Shown: one piece after another, positions 9,632 to 21,164 of the stretch
Layout: each line of letters starts with the position of its first letter
Numbering within the stretch: position 1 is the stretch's first letter
DNA from: an uncultured cyanobacterium
GTDB taxonomy: Bacteria; Cyanobacteriota; Cyanobacteriia; Cyanobacteriales; Nostocaceae
Assembly: GCA_963740315.1 (NCBI GenBank)
Contig: CAVUDP010000003.1
Span: 160,001 to 224,000 of the forward strand
Direction of reading: 5' to 3'
Length of the DNA stretch: 64,000 nt
Notes under the pieces: generated by a model
What the model saw: only the letters and a program-made list of their open reading frames with translations
Told to the model about the DNA's origin: nothing
Databases searched by the model: none
Translations under genes and position numbers: made by a program

Positions 9632-11542
9632 TCAAACTACGGCGGATGGTTGATTGCTAAAGAAAGCTTTTAAGACTCTTTGAGCAATTTGGGGACTAGT
9701 TAAACCCAATTCCGCTTTGCTTTCATCGGGTTTTGCATGATCCACTAAAATATCCGGTACGCCGATACGTTTAATAGGTACCAAAATATCGGCATCTAAT
9801 AGCGCTTCGGCAACTGCGGAACCAAAACCGCCCATTAAACAACCTTCTTCTAAGGTGACAACGCGCCCTATTTTAAGAGCTAGGGGGAACATTAGTTCCG
9901 TATCCAAAGGTTTACAGAAACGAGCATTGATTACGGTGGCTTCGATACCATGTTCGCTGAGAATCTCCGCTGCTTGCAACGTAGAATTCACCATCGAACC
10001 GTAGCCGATCATTAATACGTCGTCGCCGTTACGGAGAATTTCACCTTTACCAATTTCCAAAGGTTCCCAACCTTCTTCCATCAAAGGAACGCCATAACCG
10101 TTACCGCGAGGGAAACGCATGGCGATCGGTCCTTTGGTATAGTTAACACCCGTTACCGTCATTCGCTGAAGTTCGGCTTCATCTTTGGGTGCCATCATCA
10201 CCATATTCGGAATGCAGCGCATATAAGCAATATCGTACATTCCCTGGTGGGTAGGACCATCATCACCAACGATTCCCGCTCGATCTAGACAGAAGAATAC
10301 GGGTAATTTTTGGATGCAAACGTCATGAATTATTTGGTCGTAGCCGCGCTGCAAAAATGTAGAATAAATATCGGCAACGGGACACATACCTTCAGCAGCT
10401 AATCCAGCGGCGAGGGTAACTGCGTGTTGTTCGGCAATTCCTACATCTATATATTGATCGGGTAACTTAGCTTGCAGTTTATCCAAACAAGTTCCCGTAG
10501 CCATTGCGGCGGTGATACCGATAATTTTCGGGTTTTGTTCGGCAAGTTTTACTAAAGTATGAGCAAAAACTTTCGAGTACTTCGGTGGTTTGGGCTTACT
10601 CGAAGGAACCGCTTTACCCGTTGTTAAATTAAACGGAGTTTGGGCGTGATAGCCTACTTTATCTTTCTCAGCGAGATCGTAACCTTTACCCTTTGTCGTC
10701 GCTACATGAACTAAAACGGGTCCGGGTATTTTATGCGCTTGCTTGAAAGTCGCAATCAAATCTTCCAAATTATGACCGTCAACAGGTCCCATGTAGGTAA
10801 AGCCGAGTTCTTCAAATACAGCCCCTACCTTGGGAACCGCTAACCGCTTCATTCCTTCTTTGATGCGTTCGAGTTCTGGTGGTATCGAATCTCCTCCAAC
10901 AAAAGGAAGTTGCTTTAGCTGTTCCTCAAAATTATCTTTGATAAACTGCATCGGCGGAGACAACCGCATTTTATTTAAATAGCGGGGGATTGCGCCGACG
11001 TTCGGAGATATTGACATTTCGTTGTCGTTGAGGACAACTAATAAATTAGTATTGGGCAAATGTCCGGCGTGGTTGATAGCTTCCAAAGCCATACCGCCAG
11101 TTAATGCCCCATCGCCGATAATCGCAGCAACTTTAAAATTTTCTCCTTTCATATCTCGTGCTAAAGCCATTCCTAGCCCTGCCGAAATACTAGTAGAAGC
11201 GTGTCCAGCACCAAAATGGTCAAATTTGTTCTCGCAGCGCTTTAGATAGCCTGCGACTCCATCCTTTTGTCGTAAGGTGTGGAAATGATTGTAGCGTCCC
11301 GTAATCAATTTATGGGGATATGCTTGGTGTCCCACATCCCAAATAACTTTATCTCGATCTAAATCCAGGGTTTGATAAAGTCCTAATGTCAACTCAACAA
11401 CTCCCAACCCCGGACCAAGATGCCCGCCGGTAGCAGCTACCGTTTGTAAATGCTTGTCTCGAATTTGACGGGCAATCTGCTGTAGTTGCCGAATCGATAA
11501 CCCGTGCAACTGATTTGGATGAGTAATTTCACTCAGGTGCAT
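9632..11542 (-). CDS. dxs: 1-deoxy-D-xylulose-5-phosphate synthase
   Basis: [37 protein letters not shown]. Confidence 0.97.
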   Translation of the reverse strand: MHLSEITHPNQLHGLSIRQLQQIARQIRDKHLQTVAATGGHLGPGLGVVELTLGLYQTLDLDRDKVIWDVGHQAYPHKLITGRYNHFHTLRQKDGVAGYLKRCENKFDHFGAGHASTSISAGLGMALARDMKGENFKVAAIIGDGALTGGMALEAINHAGHLPNTNLLVVLNDNEMSISPNVGAIPRYLNKMRLSPPMQFIKDNFEEQLKQLPFVGGDSIPPELERIKEGMKRLAVPKVGAVFEELGFTYMGPVDGHNLEDLIATFKQAHKIPGPVLVHVATTKGKGYDLAEKDKVGYHAQTPFNLTTGKAVPSSKPKPPKYSKVFAHTLVKLAEQNPKIIGITAAMATGTCLDKLQAKLPDQYIDVGIAEQHAVTLAAGLAAEGMCPVADIYSTFLQRGYDQIIHDVCIQKLPVFFCLDRAGIVGDDGPTHQGMYDIAYMRCIPNMVMMAPKDEAELQRMTVTGVNYTKGPIAMRFPRGNGYGVPLMEEGWEPLEIGKGEILRNGDDVLMIGYGSMVNSTLQAAEILSEHGIEATVINARFCKPLDTELMFPLALKIGRVVTLEEGCLMGGFGSAVAEALLDADILVPIKRIGVPDILVDHAKPDESKAELGLTSPQIAQRVLKAFFSNQPSAVV

Positions 11543-11643
11543 ATTTACTGGGTTTTCCTCTCTACAATTATTTGTATACTGATTGTCCCACGGGAATGGG
11601 TAATTGGGGGGAATTATCGATGGAGAGACGGGGAAAATGTGGC

Positions 11644-11690
11644 AGAGGGGGGAGAGGGGGAAGAGGGGGAAGAGGGGGAAGAGGGGGAAA
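11644..11690. repeat. (GAGGGGGAA)n tandem repeat
   Basis: About five 9-mer units. Confidence 0.75.
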
Positions 11691-11902
11691 AGAAGGATAT
11701 TTAATTCAAGTAATTACGAATTATGAATTATATTGTCGGAAAATGAAGGTGTGGAAGGAATTTTAAGGAATAAAAGCGATAATTTGGCAGCATGGCAATT
11801 GTTTAAACACATAATTTGCGATCGCAACGCCGCATTTTGGCGATCGTTAAGTATTTATTTTTTTGCAATTTTTAATCCATAAATCTACTATAAAATCATG
11901 TA

Positions 11903-12300
11903 AGTAAGTCGGCAGAAAAAAATACAGCTATGTAACCAAATGTAAATTAGCTTCTTTTCGAGAACTCGCTTGCGCGTCTATAAAACCTTATTCCTATTTC
12001 CTGCTTTCTTCTCCAGCATTACAATTTTCAACATCCATCTACTTATAGGACTTATAGGAATCCTCCGCAGATTTTTGTCCCTTCGTAGCGTGTCCCGAGG
12101 ACATAAAAGTATCAGTACATTTTCTATTCCCCGTTCCCCGTTTCCCGTTCCCTTCCTCAACGAATTATTTCAATATTCAAACCGGATTGCTATATAAAGT
12201 TTTTTCACAAAAATACAGCGTATTTCATAGTGAGGTACATCTGGACGGGCAGGGATGCCCATCCCACAAGAGTCTTGTAATACTAGGCTGTACCTCATTT
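11903..12300. repeat. Cluster of MITE/REP remnants
   Basis: AGTAAGTCGGC TIR after TA at 11903 (as at 18171); CCCGTTC heptamers; TGAGGTACA...TGTACCTCA inverted repeat around a GACGGGCAGGGATGCCCATCCCAC REP. Confidence 0.55.
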
Positions 12301-12403
12301 ATATGCAAATCTCAAATGCTAGAAAATCGTAGCTAGAGAGTAATTACTGTTGATTTTGAAAACTTCAAAACCGCAGTTAGTAGAAAATACAAACGAGGGT
12401 GCA

Positions 12404-15400
12404 ATGAAAATTACCAACTTGAACGGTTTACGTAGTTTTAAGACAAAGATTCTACTAGCATCATGTATTAGTTTAAGCGTAACTTCAATCAGCCCTTGCT
12501 TTGCTCAAAGCAACATTGTACCGGATAGCACATTAGGTAGTGAAGCATCAAAAGTAAACAATAATGTGAATAATCCAGATGGTATTCCCAGCACCTTAAT
12601 TGAAGGAGGAGCCGAGCGTGGTCAAAATTTATTCCACAGTTTGCAAGAATTTAACGTCAATGAAGGGAGAGGAGCTTATTTTGTAGTTCCCAATGATATT
12701 CAAAATGTTTTAACAAGAGTCACGGGAAATAATGCTTCTTTAATAGAAGGAATTTTAGGGACGATATCAAATAGAAATTTCAATCCAACGAATGCCAATT
12801 TATTTTTAATTAACCCCAACGGAATTATTTTTGGGGAAAATGCCAGTTTAAATGTGAATGGTTCTTTTGTGGGGACAACTGCGAATGGAATCTCGTTTGG
12901 GGAACAAGGTTTTTTTAGTGCGACAAATCCCCAAGCACCACCTTTATTAACAGTCGATCCGGATGGGTTATTGTTTAATAAAATTAATCGAAATGCACGA
13001 ATTCAAAATAATTCAGTTGCAGACTCTGGAACAGATCCAGCAGGTTTTAACGTATTTGGTTTGCGGGTACCCGATGGTAAAAGTTTGCTGCTGCTGGGTG
13101 GTGATGTCAGCATGGATGGGGGAAAATTAAATGCTTATGGTGGACGAGTTGATTTGGGAGGATTAACTGAACCTGGAACTGTAGCGCTAGATGTAAGCAA
13201 TGATAATTTCAGCTTGGGATTTCCGGAGAATGTGATTCGTGGGGATGTATCGCTGACAAATCGAGCTTCTGTATCTGTAGTAGCCGATGGTGGGGGAGAT
13301 ATTGCAGTTAATGCTCGAAATGTAGACATTACAGGAGGAAGTTTTCTTTTCGCTGGTATTGGGCGAGGTTTGGGGACACCAGAAGCTCAAGCGGGAGATA
13401 TTATCATCAATGCTACTGATTTGGTCACATTTGATGGGGAAGATAAGAATGGAAGTCAAAGTGGGGCATACAGCAATGTGAATTCTGAAGCAGAAGGCGA
13501 TGCGGGGGGTGTGTCAATAACCACTGGCTCCCTTGAGGTTCTCAATGGTGCCGTAGTTGATGCCACCACCGTTGGAAAAGGAAATGCAGGCAATGTCACC
13601 ATTGAAGCCGATGATTTGGTCAAAATTGATGGCGAAACTAACCAGGGAAAGAACAGTGGGGCATTTAGTCAAGTACTTAGTGGAGCAGAAGGCGATGCGG
13701 GGGGTGTATCGATTACCACTGGCTCCCTTGAGGTTACTAATGGTGCCAAAGTGGCTGCCAGTACTTTTGGAAACGGAAATGCAGGCAGTGTCACCATTGA
13801 AGCCAATGATTTGGTCACATTTGATGGAGAAGATAAGAATGGAAGTCAAAGTGGGGCATACAGCAATGTGGATTTTGAAGCAGAAGGCGATGCGGGGGGT
13901 GTGTCAATAACCACTGGCTCCCTTGAGGTTCTCAATGGTGCCGTAGTTGATGCCACCACCGTTGGAAAAGGAAATGCAGGCAATGTCACCATTGAAGCCG
14001 ATGATTTGGTCAAAATTGATGGCGAAACTAACCAGGGAAAGATCGGTGGGGCATTTAGTCAAGTACTTAGTGGAGCAGAAGGCAAAGCGGGGGGTGTATC
14101 GATTACCACTGGCTCCCTTGAGGTTACTAATGGTGCCGAAGTGGCTGCCAGTACCTTTGGAAAAGGAAATGCAGGTAGTGTTAAGATTCATGCGACTGAT
14201 TTGGTCAAATTTGATGGCGAAACTCGTGATAGACGTGACAGTGGGGCATACAGCCGAGTATTTAGTGGAGCAGAAGGCGATGCAGGGGGTGTGTCAATTA
14301 CCACTGGTTCCCTTGAAGTTACCAATGGTGCTTTACTTAGTGCCAGTACCTTTGGGAAAGGAAATGCTGGCACTGTTGAGATTACTGCCAATGATTTAGT
14401 CAAATTTGATGGGGAAGGTAACGATAGATTTCCTAGTGGGGCATACAGCCGAGTACTTGATGGAGCAGAAGGCGATGCAGGGGGTGTGTCAATAACCACT
14501 CGCTACCTTGAGGTTCTCAATGGTGCCGTAGTTGATGCCACCACCTTTGGAAAAGGAAATGCAGGTACTGTTGAGATTCATGCGACTGATTTGGTCAAAT
14601 TTGATGGCGAAACTAACCAGGGAAAGAACAGTGGGGCATTTAGTGAAGTATTTAGTGGAGCAGAAGGCAAAGCGGGGGGTGTATCGATTACCACTGGCTC
14701 CCTTGAGGTTACTAATGGTGCCAAAGTGGCTGCCAGTACTTTTGGAAACGGAAATGCAGGCAGTGTTAAGATTCATGCGACTGATTTGGTCACATTTGAT
14801 GGGGAAGATAAGAATGGAAGTCAAAGTGGGGCATACAGCAATGTGAATTCTGAAGCAGAAGGCGATGCGGGGGGTGTGTCAATAACCACTGGCTCCCTTG
14901 AGGTTCTCAATGGTGCCGTAGTTGATGCCACCACCGTTGGAAAAGGAAATGCAGGCAATGTCACCATTGAAGCCGATGATTTGGTCAAAATTGATGGCGA
15001 AACTAACCAGGGAAAGATTGGTGGGGCATTTAGTCAAGTACTTAGTGGAGCAGAAGGCGATGCAGGGGGTGTATCGATTACCACTGGCTCCCTTGAGGTT
15101 ACTAATGGTGCCGAAGTGGCTGCCAGTACCTTTGGAAAAGGAAATGCAGGTAGTGTTAAGATTCATGCGACTGATTTGGTCAAATTTGATAGCGAAACTC
15201 GTGATAGACGTGACAGTGGGGCATACAGCCGAGTATTTAGTGGAGCAGAAGGCGATGCAGGGGGTGTGTCAATTACCACTGGTTCCCTTGAAGTTACCAA
15301 TGGTGCTTTACTTAGTGCCAGTACCTTTGGAAAAGGAAATGCTGGCACTGTTGAGATTACTGCCAATGATTTAGTTAAATTTGATGGGGAAGGTAACGAT

Positions 15401-16375
15401 AGATTTCCAAGTGGGGCATACAGCCGAGTACTTCGTGGAGCAGAAGGCACAGCGGGGGGTGTGTCAATAACCACTACTGGTTCCCTTGAAGTTCTCAATG
15501 GTGCCCAACTTAGCGCCAGTACCCTTGGTAAAGGAAACGGGGGAAATTTAACCGTTAATACTGATACCTTACAACTCAAAAATGATGGTATAATCGTAGC
15601 CCGAAGTAGGTCAGATTCGGGTATTGCAGGCAATATCGAAATCAAGGTAAAAAATAATTTCAACGCCGACAACGGACAAGTTATTACCTCATCAGAACGA
15701 ACCAGCGGAGGTAACATTGATATCACAGGCAAAAATATCATTCTCCGCAACGACAGCGATATTAGTACAACACTTGATTCAACACAAGGTAGTGGTGGTA
15801 ATATCACCCTTAATGCCAATGCCATAGTCGCTTTAGAAGACAGCGATATTCTCGCATTTGCAGCAGAAGGAAGGGGAGGTAATATTATCTTTAATACCCG
15901 TGCTTTTTTTAGTGAGCCGCTCTTTTCTTCCAGACCACAAAATGCTGAACCTCTTACAGCACAGGAGTTAAATCAATTAGAAGGTAACGAACGTGTAGAT
16001 GTTGATGCGAGTGGTAGCATTAGTTCTGGAACCATAACTGGTCAAACAGATCCCGGCTTTTTGCAAAACAGCTTCACACAATTACCACAGAATCAAATTA
16101 GTTCCGAAGCTTTGATTGCCAGTAGCTGCGTAGCCAGAAATAACAAAAGAAACGGTACTTATTATATTATTGGTAGTCAAGGTTTTCCCTATAGTCCGGG
16201 CGATCCAGTTCCTTCAAAATACTCAGCAATTGGAGTACAATCCGTACCAAATAACACTACATCTTCCACAAAACCTCGTCGTCGCTGGAAAATGGGCGAT
16301 CCTGTTGTCGAACCAACAGGGATGTACACTTTGGAGAATGGACGACGTATACTTAGTCGCGAGTGTGGAACTTAA
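12404..16375 (+). CDS. Filamentous haemagglutinin family (TpsA) exoprotein
   Basis: GAGGGT RBS before ATG 12404; signal peptide; NLFHS..FNV and NPNGIIFG TPS domain; beta-helix repeats; Cys-containing cyanobacterial C-terminus. Confidence 0.92.
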   Translation: MKITNLNGLRSFKTKILLASCISLSVTSISPCFAQSNIVPDSTLGSEASKVNNNVNNPDGIPSTLIEGGAERGQNLFHSLQEFNVNEGRGAYFVVPNDIQNVLTRVTGNNASLIEGILGTISNRNFNPTNANLFLINPNGIIFGENASLNVNGSFVGTTANGISFGEQGFFSATNPQAPPLLTVDPDGLLFNKINRNARIQNNSVADSGTDPAGFNVFGLRVPDGKSLLLLGGDVSMDGGKLNAYGGRVDLGGLTEPGTVALDVSNDNFSLGFPENVIRGDVSLTNRASVSVVADGGGDIAVNARNVDITGGSFLFAGIGRGLGTPEAQAGDIIINATDLVTFDGEDKNGSQSGAYSNVNSEAEGDAGGVSITTGSLEVLNGAVVDATTVGKGNAGNVTIEADDLVKIDGETNQGKNSGAFSQVLSGAEGDAGGVSITTGSLEVTNGAKVAASTFGNGNAGSVTIEANDLVTFDGEDKNGSQSGAYSNVDFEAEGDAGGVSITTGSLEVLNGAVVDATTVGKGNAGNVTIEADDLVKIDGETNQGKIGGAFSQVLSGAEGKAGGVSITTGSLEVTNGAEVAASTFGKGNAGSVKIHATDLVKFDGETRDRRDSGAYSRVFSGAEGDAGGVSITTGSLEVTNGALLSASTFGKGNAGTVEITANDLVKFDGEGNDRFPSGAYSRVLDGAEGDAGGVSITTRYLEVLNGAVVDATTFGKGNAGTVEIHATDLVKFDGETNQGKNSGAFSEVFSGAEGKAGGVSITTGSLEVTNGAKVAASTFGNGNAGSVKIHATDLVTFDGEDKNGSQSGAYSNVNSEAEGDAGGVSITTGSLEVLNGAVVDATTVGKGNAGNVTIEADDLVKIDGETNQGKIGGAFSQVLSGAEGDAGGVSITTGSLEVTNGAEVAASTFGKGNAGSVKIHATDLVKFDSETRDRRDSGAYSRVFSGAEGDAGGVSITTGSLEVTNGALLSASTFGKGNAGTVEITANDLVKFDGEGNDRFPSGAYSRVLRGAEGTAGGVSITTTGSLEVLNGAQLSASTLGKGNGGNLTVNTDTLQLKNDGIIVARSRSDSGIAGNIEIKVKNNFNADNGQVITSSERTSGGNIDITGKNIILRNDSDISTTLDSTQGSGGNITLNANAIVALEDSDILAFAAEGRGGNIIFNTRAFFSEPLFSSRPQNAEPLTAQELNQLEGNERVDVDASGSISSGTITGQTDPGFLQNSFTQLPQNQISSEALIASSCVARNNKRNGTYYIIGSQGFPYSPGDPVPSKYSAIGVQSVPNNTTSSTKPRRRWKMGDPVVEPTGMYTLENGRRILSRECGT
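13415..15560 (+). repeat. 11 intragenic 195-bp (65-aa) repeats including a 975-bp higher-order duplication
   Basis: Near-identical DNA at offsets of 390 and 975 bp. Confidence 0.9.
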
Positions 16376-16394
16376 GAGTTTTTACGATTATCGG

Positions 16395-17144
16395 TCATAA
16401 TCCCGGTTGCGGATTTACCGAGCCTCCGGGAACTACTGGTGTATCCGGTTGTGCCTGCTGTCTTGACAAATATTGACTCAGCACATTAGCCATATCCCCA
16501 CGAGTCATGGGTTTAAGGGGAGAAAGTTGATTTTGCGCGGATTCGTCAACAAATCCTTCAGCTACAACTGTAGCGATCGCCTTTTTTGCCCAATTCGGAA
16601 TCGATTCTACATCTGAATATGGGGAAAGTATGTCAGCTACCGTATCATCGGAAAACTGAAACACACCGTAAGCTTGACCAAATATCGCCAAACCTTCGGC
16701 TCTGGTAACTCTTTGGTTGGGGAAGAACAAATTTCCGCGATAGCCTTTCATGATCTTTGTTTTCAAAACCGTTTGAATATCTTTGTATGCCCAATGGGAA
16801 GAAGGAACATCAGCTACTTGTACGTCTTGTGCTGGAAGATTTCTTTTATCCAGTCCAAAAGTTTTGACCATAATTGTGGCTAATTGAGCGCGACTCAACA
16901 ATCTTTCGGGGTGAAAGTTGCCATCGGAGTAGTTAGTCATTAATTTCGCCGTTACTACTCGTTCGATCGCCTGAGAAGATTGTGGTATTTGCGGTTGTTC
17001 TACGTTATTAAAATCGGGTAGTGGCAATTGCTTTTGCTCTTCCATGTTTACCAAACTAGGCTGTTCCGTGTTTTGAGCATAAGCAGCGATGGAAAAGCCT
17101 GGTATCAAAAAGATTAATGAAAGCGTAGCGATAAATTTGCCCAT
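16395..17144 (-). CDS. S-layer homology (SLH) domain protein
   Basis: Signal peptide; three SLH-like units (LSRAQLA, VTRAEGL, MTRGDMA). Confidence 0.88.
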   Translation of the reverse strand: MGKFIATLSLIFLIPGFSIAAYAQNTEQPSLVNMEEQKQLPLPDFNNVEQPQIPQSSQAIERVVTAKLMTNYSDGNFHPERLLSRAQLATIMVKTFGLDKRNLPAQDVQVADVPSSHWAYKDIQTVLKTKIMKGYRGNLFFPNQRVTRAEGLAIFGQAYGVFQFSDDTVADILSPYSDVESIPNWAKKAIATVVAEGFVDESAQNQLSPLKPMTRGDMANVLSQYLSRQQAQPDTPVVPGGSVNPQPGL

Positions 17145-17344
17145 GATTATAGTTTTCTGAAAATCTGAAAATGTTTCCAATTTTAACTGACAAAAAGGGT
17201 AACTCAGTAGTTTCTGAATTTAAGTAATATTCCTCAAATTAAATATCAAGATTGCGAATAGAAGCTATCAAATCAAGCCCCTTCACCGATACTATGGATT
17301 TATTGGAAGGCTTTTTATTAAAGTTTATTAAAGGAGTTTCGGGA

Positions 17345-18055
17345 ATGACCGCAACATCAGATCCTGTAAAGTTGATGAAGCAAGAAGTCGGTAAAGCAGC
17401 CGCAAATTTAGTTAAATCCGGTTCCATAGTCGGATTGGGAACGGGTTCAACCACCGCTTACACGATTCAATTTCTTGGCGATCGCATCAAATCTGGCGAG
17501 TTAAAAGATATCGTTGGTATCCCCACATCTTTTCAATCGGAAGTTTTAGCCAAGCAATATGGCGTACCTCTAACCACCTTAGACGCGATCGACCATATTG
17601 ATATTGCGATCGATGGTGCAGATGAAGTAGATCCCTCCAAAAACCTGATCAAAGGTGGTGGTGCTGCCCATACCCGCGAAAAAGTTGTAGATTATCTCGC
17701 CAATCAATTTATCGTAGTTGTCGATAGCGGCAAATTAGTCAGTCGTCTGGGTGAAACTTTCGCGGTTCCCGTAGAAATCATCCCAATGGCAATTACCCCC
17801 GCAATGCAAGCAATTACTAAACTCGGCGGTAAACCAGAAATACGCATGGGTGTAAAAAAAGCGGGACCTGTAATTACCGATCAAGGTAACATGGTAGTTG
17901 ATGTCACATTTGATAACATTACCGACCCAGAAAACTTAGAAAAAACACTTAATAATATTCCTGGTGTTTTAGAAAACGGTATCTTCGTTAATTGTGTAGA
18001 TAAAGTTTTAATTGGCGAAGTAAAAGATAATAAGCCTGTTGTTAGGGAAATGTAG
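17345..18055 (+). CDS. rpiA: Ribose-5-phosphate isomerase A
   Basis: [34 protein letters not shown]. Confidence 0.97.
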   Translation: MTATSDPVKLMKQEVGKAAANLVKSGSIVGLGTGSTTAYTIQFLGDRIKSGELKDIVGIPTSFQSEVLAKQYGVPLTTLDAIDHIDIAIDGADEVDPSKNLIKGGGAAHTREKVVDYLANQFIVVVDSGKLVSRLGETFAVPVEIIPMAITPAMQAITKLGGKPEIRMGVKKAGPVITDQGNMVVDVTFDNITDPENLEKTLNNIPGVLENGIFVNCVDKVLIGEVKDNKPVVREM

Positions 18056-18146
18056 AATTGTTGGTTTTTAATTGTTAGTTGGTTGTTATAAATTTCACTT
18101 GCCTGGGGATGCAATTCCCAGGCTCATAGCTTAAGTTTATTAAAAC

Positions 18147-18456
18147 TTACATCTTGCACCAGTTGCAATAAGTAAGTCGGCGTTAAAAAAAACAAGGTAT
18201 GTCATTGCGAGTGGAACGGAGTGAAACGAAGCAATCGCAAGGGCTTGATAATTGTTTACATCCTGTTACATGATTCGGTTTATTTGTGCCGACTTACTTA
18301 ACCGCCTTGGAATAAATTCCCAGGCTCATATACAAAGTCTGATAAATCAGACTGAATAAGGCTTTTAGTACATTTTCAACGTACTTTGTTATTGGTTCCT
18401 TGAAATTGATTTCAAGGCGGGTTTGAGGGCTTGTTGCTCATGGTGCAAGATGTGAA
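18147..18456. mobile_element. Outer MITE with TIRs (T/C)ACATCTTGCACCA...TGGTGCAAGATGTG
   Basis: TIRs of about 14 bp; homolog at 7349-7653. Confidence 0.75.
18171..18298. mobile_element. Inner 128-bp MITE with a TA target duplication (IS630/Tc1-like signature)
   Basis: TA-AGTAAGTCGGC...GCCGACTTACT-TA; an empty-site allele has a single TA at 7631-7632. Confidence 0.85.
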
Positions 18457-18541
18457 TTAAATAGACTAGCAATATGGTAAATAAATAGCTGATTGTTTGA
18501 GAGTTGAATTGTAAAGTGCAGAATATAACTTTACTATCAAA

Positions 18542-18871
18542 TTATCGATTATTTTTCTTAAATCCATTTCCGTAAACAACCACCTCTACACCACCATTAA
18601 CTACCATTGGATTAGAAATTTTTACGCCAATCGCTCCATCGTAGCCACGTTCAAGTGCTTTTTTCTCTAAATCTTCTAATGCGGTATTTACTGCCTGTTC
18701 AATCAACTTTTCGTAATGTTTCATTCTTCCACCTGTTAAATTGCGAATGTTTTCCCGAACATCATTAACAACATTAGCTGCTCTAACAACAACAACAGTC
18801 AATAATTCACCAATCTCAATTTCAGGTTTCTGTAAAGAATCTAGAGAATCTAAGCTAATTAAGTTTTTCAT
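18542..18871 (-). CDS. YbjQ/UPF0145-like protein
   Basis: [34 protein letters not shown]. Confidence 0.8.
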   Translation of the reverse strand: MKNLISLDSLDSLQKPEIEIGELLTVVVVRAANVVNDVRENIRNLTGGRMKHYEKLIEQAVNTALEDLEKKALERGYDGAIGVKISNPMVVNGGVEVVVYGNGFKKNNR

Positions 18872-20682
18872 GTATTTACCTCAGTATTTTTGGGTTTGAA
18901 ATATTTTCGGAATTGTTGGTAAAGCAGAATTGCTAATACCGCAAGCAGGGAAATAATTATGATTAGTAAAGCTACAGGGGTACCATACTTATTCGTAAAT
19001 AACTGCCAGGAAATACTACCTACGAACACCTTCAACATTGCATTAAAAATTGAAGTTTGATTCTTCGGCGTTTCCCAGAATTTAATTGCAGCATTCATAT
19101 TACTGCTGTTAATGATATCAGTCATAACATCCGAATTATTGACTATTGAAGGATTGCTATTCAGCAAAAACTTTACCAGTTGATTAATCTGGGGTTGCTT
19201 TAATTCTCTCAAGTAACCGGCTAAGTTTTGCAAATCATTTGCTGTCAATTTATCAGCCAAAGACAACAAATTATGTTTGGATATGGTTAATAAATTGCGG
19301 ATAGAGTCAATATCTAATAACGAAATTTTGGCGATCGCCATACTATCTTAAAGGGATATAATCTCTATGACTAGTTGACGATCTAAATCTTGAGGAGATA
19401 AATTTTTATAAATCTCCAGTTCAACTACATCTTTTATTTGATTACCCGCTAAATTTGCCCACTCTACCATTCTGGGTAAGCTGTGAGTATTTTCGAGGAT
19501 TTTGTAACTAATTTCTGGTAAAGAAAGCGCTTGTTCAAATCTACCGTCTTGAATAGATGTTACCAGTTGACTGCGACCTGTACTATTTAAAGTAGTATCT
19601 AACAGCAAGGATATTTTAGATAAATCTGTTGTTTTAGCAAGAATTGATTTAAACTATGGTAATTCTTCTGCTAAACTCAGGGTTTCACGATAATCTTTTT
19701 GGAAATCTAGCCATTTTGCATAAATATCATTAGATAATTCCCTTGCAATTTGGGGAGATTCAGCGCGAATCTGTTCTTCAACTGTATTGGTAATTTTTTC
19801 TTTAAAGATTTGCTTTACTTCTGGTGATTTGAGAGATTTCTTAATTTCTGGTAAGGCTCCATCCAGACTTTGATAAATATCATTAGCTATCATCAAAGCA
19901 CCAACTGTTTCACCAACAAATGGAATAACAGCACTTCCGATACGTCCTAAAATTCTTTCACCGATTTGTGAAAAGATTCTAGTACCAATTGTTTTAGCAA
20001 TTCTTCTGCCTGTGATGCTTAAAGCAAGAACTGTACCTCCTGCAAATCCAAATTTATGACGATTAATAAAATTGGTGTTGGGTTCTAAAGAAGCATTAGA
20101 TTCTTGTGAATCTGGTACTGAGGCATTAATTTTTTGACTGAAGATATCGACAAATGTCTGCGAATATTGTTTATTTACAAACTTTTGCAGACAATCGATA
20201 GCATAAGATGAGGAATTTGCAGACGCAAGCTCCAATTTATCTGAGATTTCTGAAGCTACGTTTTGGGATACTTGATTAAATTTGCTTTTTAACGCTGGTG
20301 AGTTAAATGCAATTTCTGTTACTTGATTAGTTAACTCTTCTGTTTTAGAAGATGACCAGCTACTTTTAAATTTATTGATTAAATTAGTATTCTCCGAAAT
20401 TGCATCCACAGCTTTATCAATTTCAGAATCCATCGCTGAATCAACATTCAAACTAAGCCATTGTCGATTTACAATTTCTCCGAAGTTAATGGTTGTTTCG
20501 TCAGCAATAAACTCTTCTAAAATACGGTTTAAATCTACCCGCAGTTGTGGCTGACTAATTTCTTTACACTTGGGAAGAATATAATCTGTATTTTGCATTG
20601 GCGCTGCAAAAACACTTGTAGGATTAAGTGTAAAACAGAATATGAGAATAAATAATATGATTTTTTTTATTGGGTTTAGCAT
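18868..20682 (-). pseudogene. About 604-codon exported/membrane protein gene split by two in-frame stops
   Basis: ORFs 19654-20682, 19348-19608 and 18868-19341 share one frame, separated only by TAG (19654) and TAA (19348). Confidence 0.85.
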
Positions 20683-20948
20683 AGAATTTAAATACGCTTT
20701 TGTTTAACTATCTTGTTAATTATAAAGTCAGATTTAATATTGTCTCTACGCATAATTACGGTAAAAGATACAGAATTTATCTACATAATTTTGCTGAATT
20801 AAACTTTTCGGAAATAGTATTTATAGTTTATTTTATTAATAATGGTTCTTTAGTACTTGTTATGCTAAAGCATTAAGTTAAAGCAGAAAAAACTATGAAT
20901 AGTTTTACCAAAATATAGTTTTAAGGAACCGATACTGGAAACCATAAT

Positions 20949-21053
20949 AAACCCGCGCAGGCGGTGAATCTAGTTGGCGGTGTCGGTTTCCGTCCCGCCA
21001 AACTAGTGAACCCGGAGGGGTTTTGCTTGTGTAGCAGCGGTAACAAAGCGCCA
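20949..21053. repeat. Nested REP-like palindromes
   Basis: AAACCCGCGCAGGCGG[insert CTAGTTGGCGG..CCGCCAAACTAG]GTTTTGCTTGTGTAGC; a related tail occurs near 61690. Confidence 0.5.
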
Positions 21054-21164
21054 GGTATCCCTGGGAATTGCATTTTCAGATGGATTTCCTACACGTAAAT
21101 CCCCATCTATACTAGTTATTATTAACTTTAGCTAAGACTTTATTCTTAAATTCTAATTTCCCCA

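Noticed and set aside
11504..11766. RGG-rich and EEG-rich ORFs upstream of dxs
   Set aside because: They arise from a (GAGGGGGAA)n repeat and have no other coding support.
13415..15560. CRISPR array or DGR template/variable repeats
   Set aside because: The units are in-frame 195-bp coding repeats without unique spacers; differences are not adenine-specific; no cas or reverse transcriptase gene is in the window.
13135..15825. Many overlapping alternative-frame and antisense ORFs
   Set aside because: They are shadows of the repetitive TpsA coding sequence.
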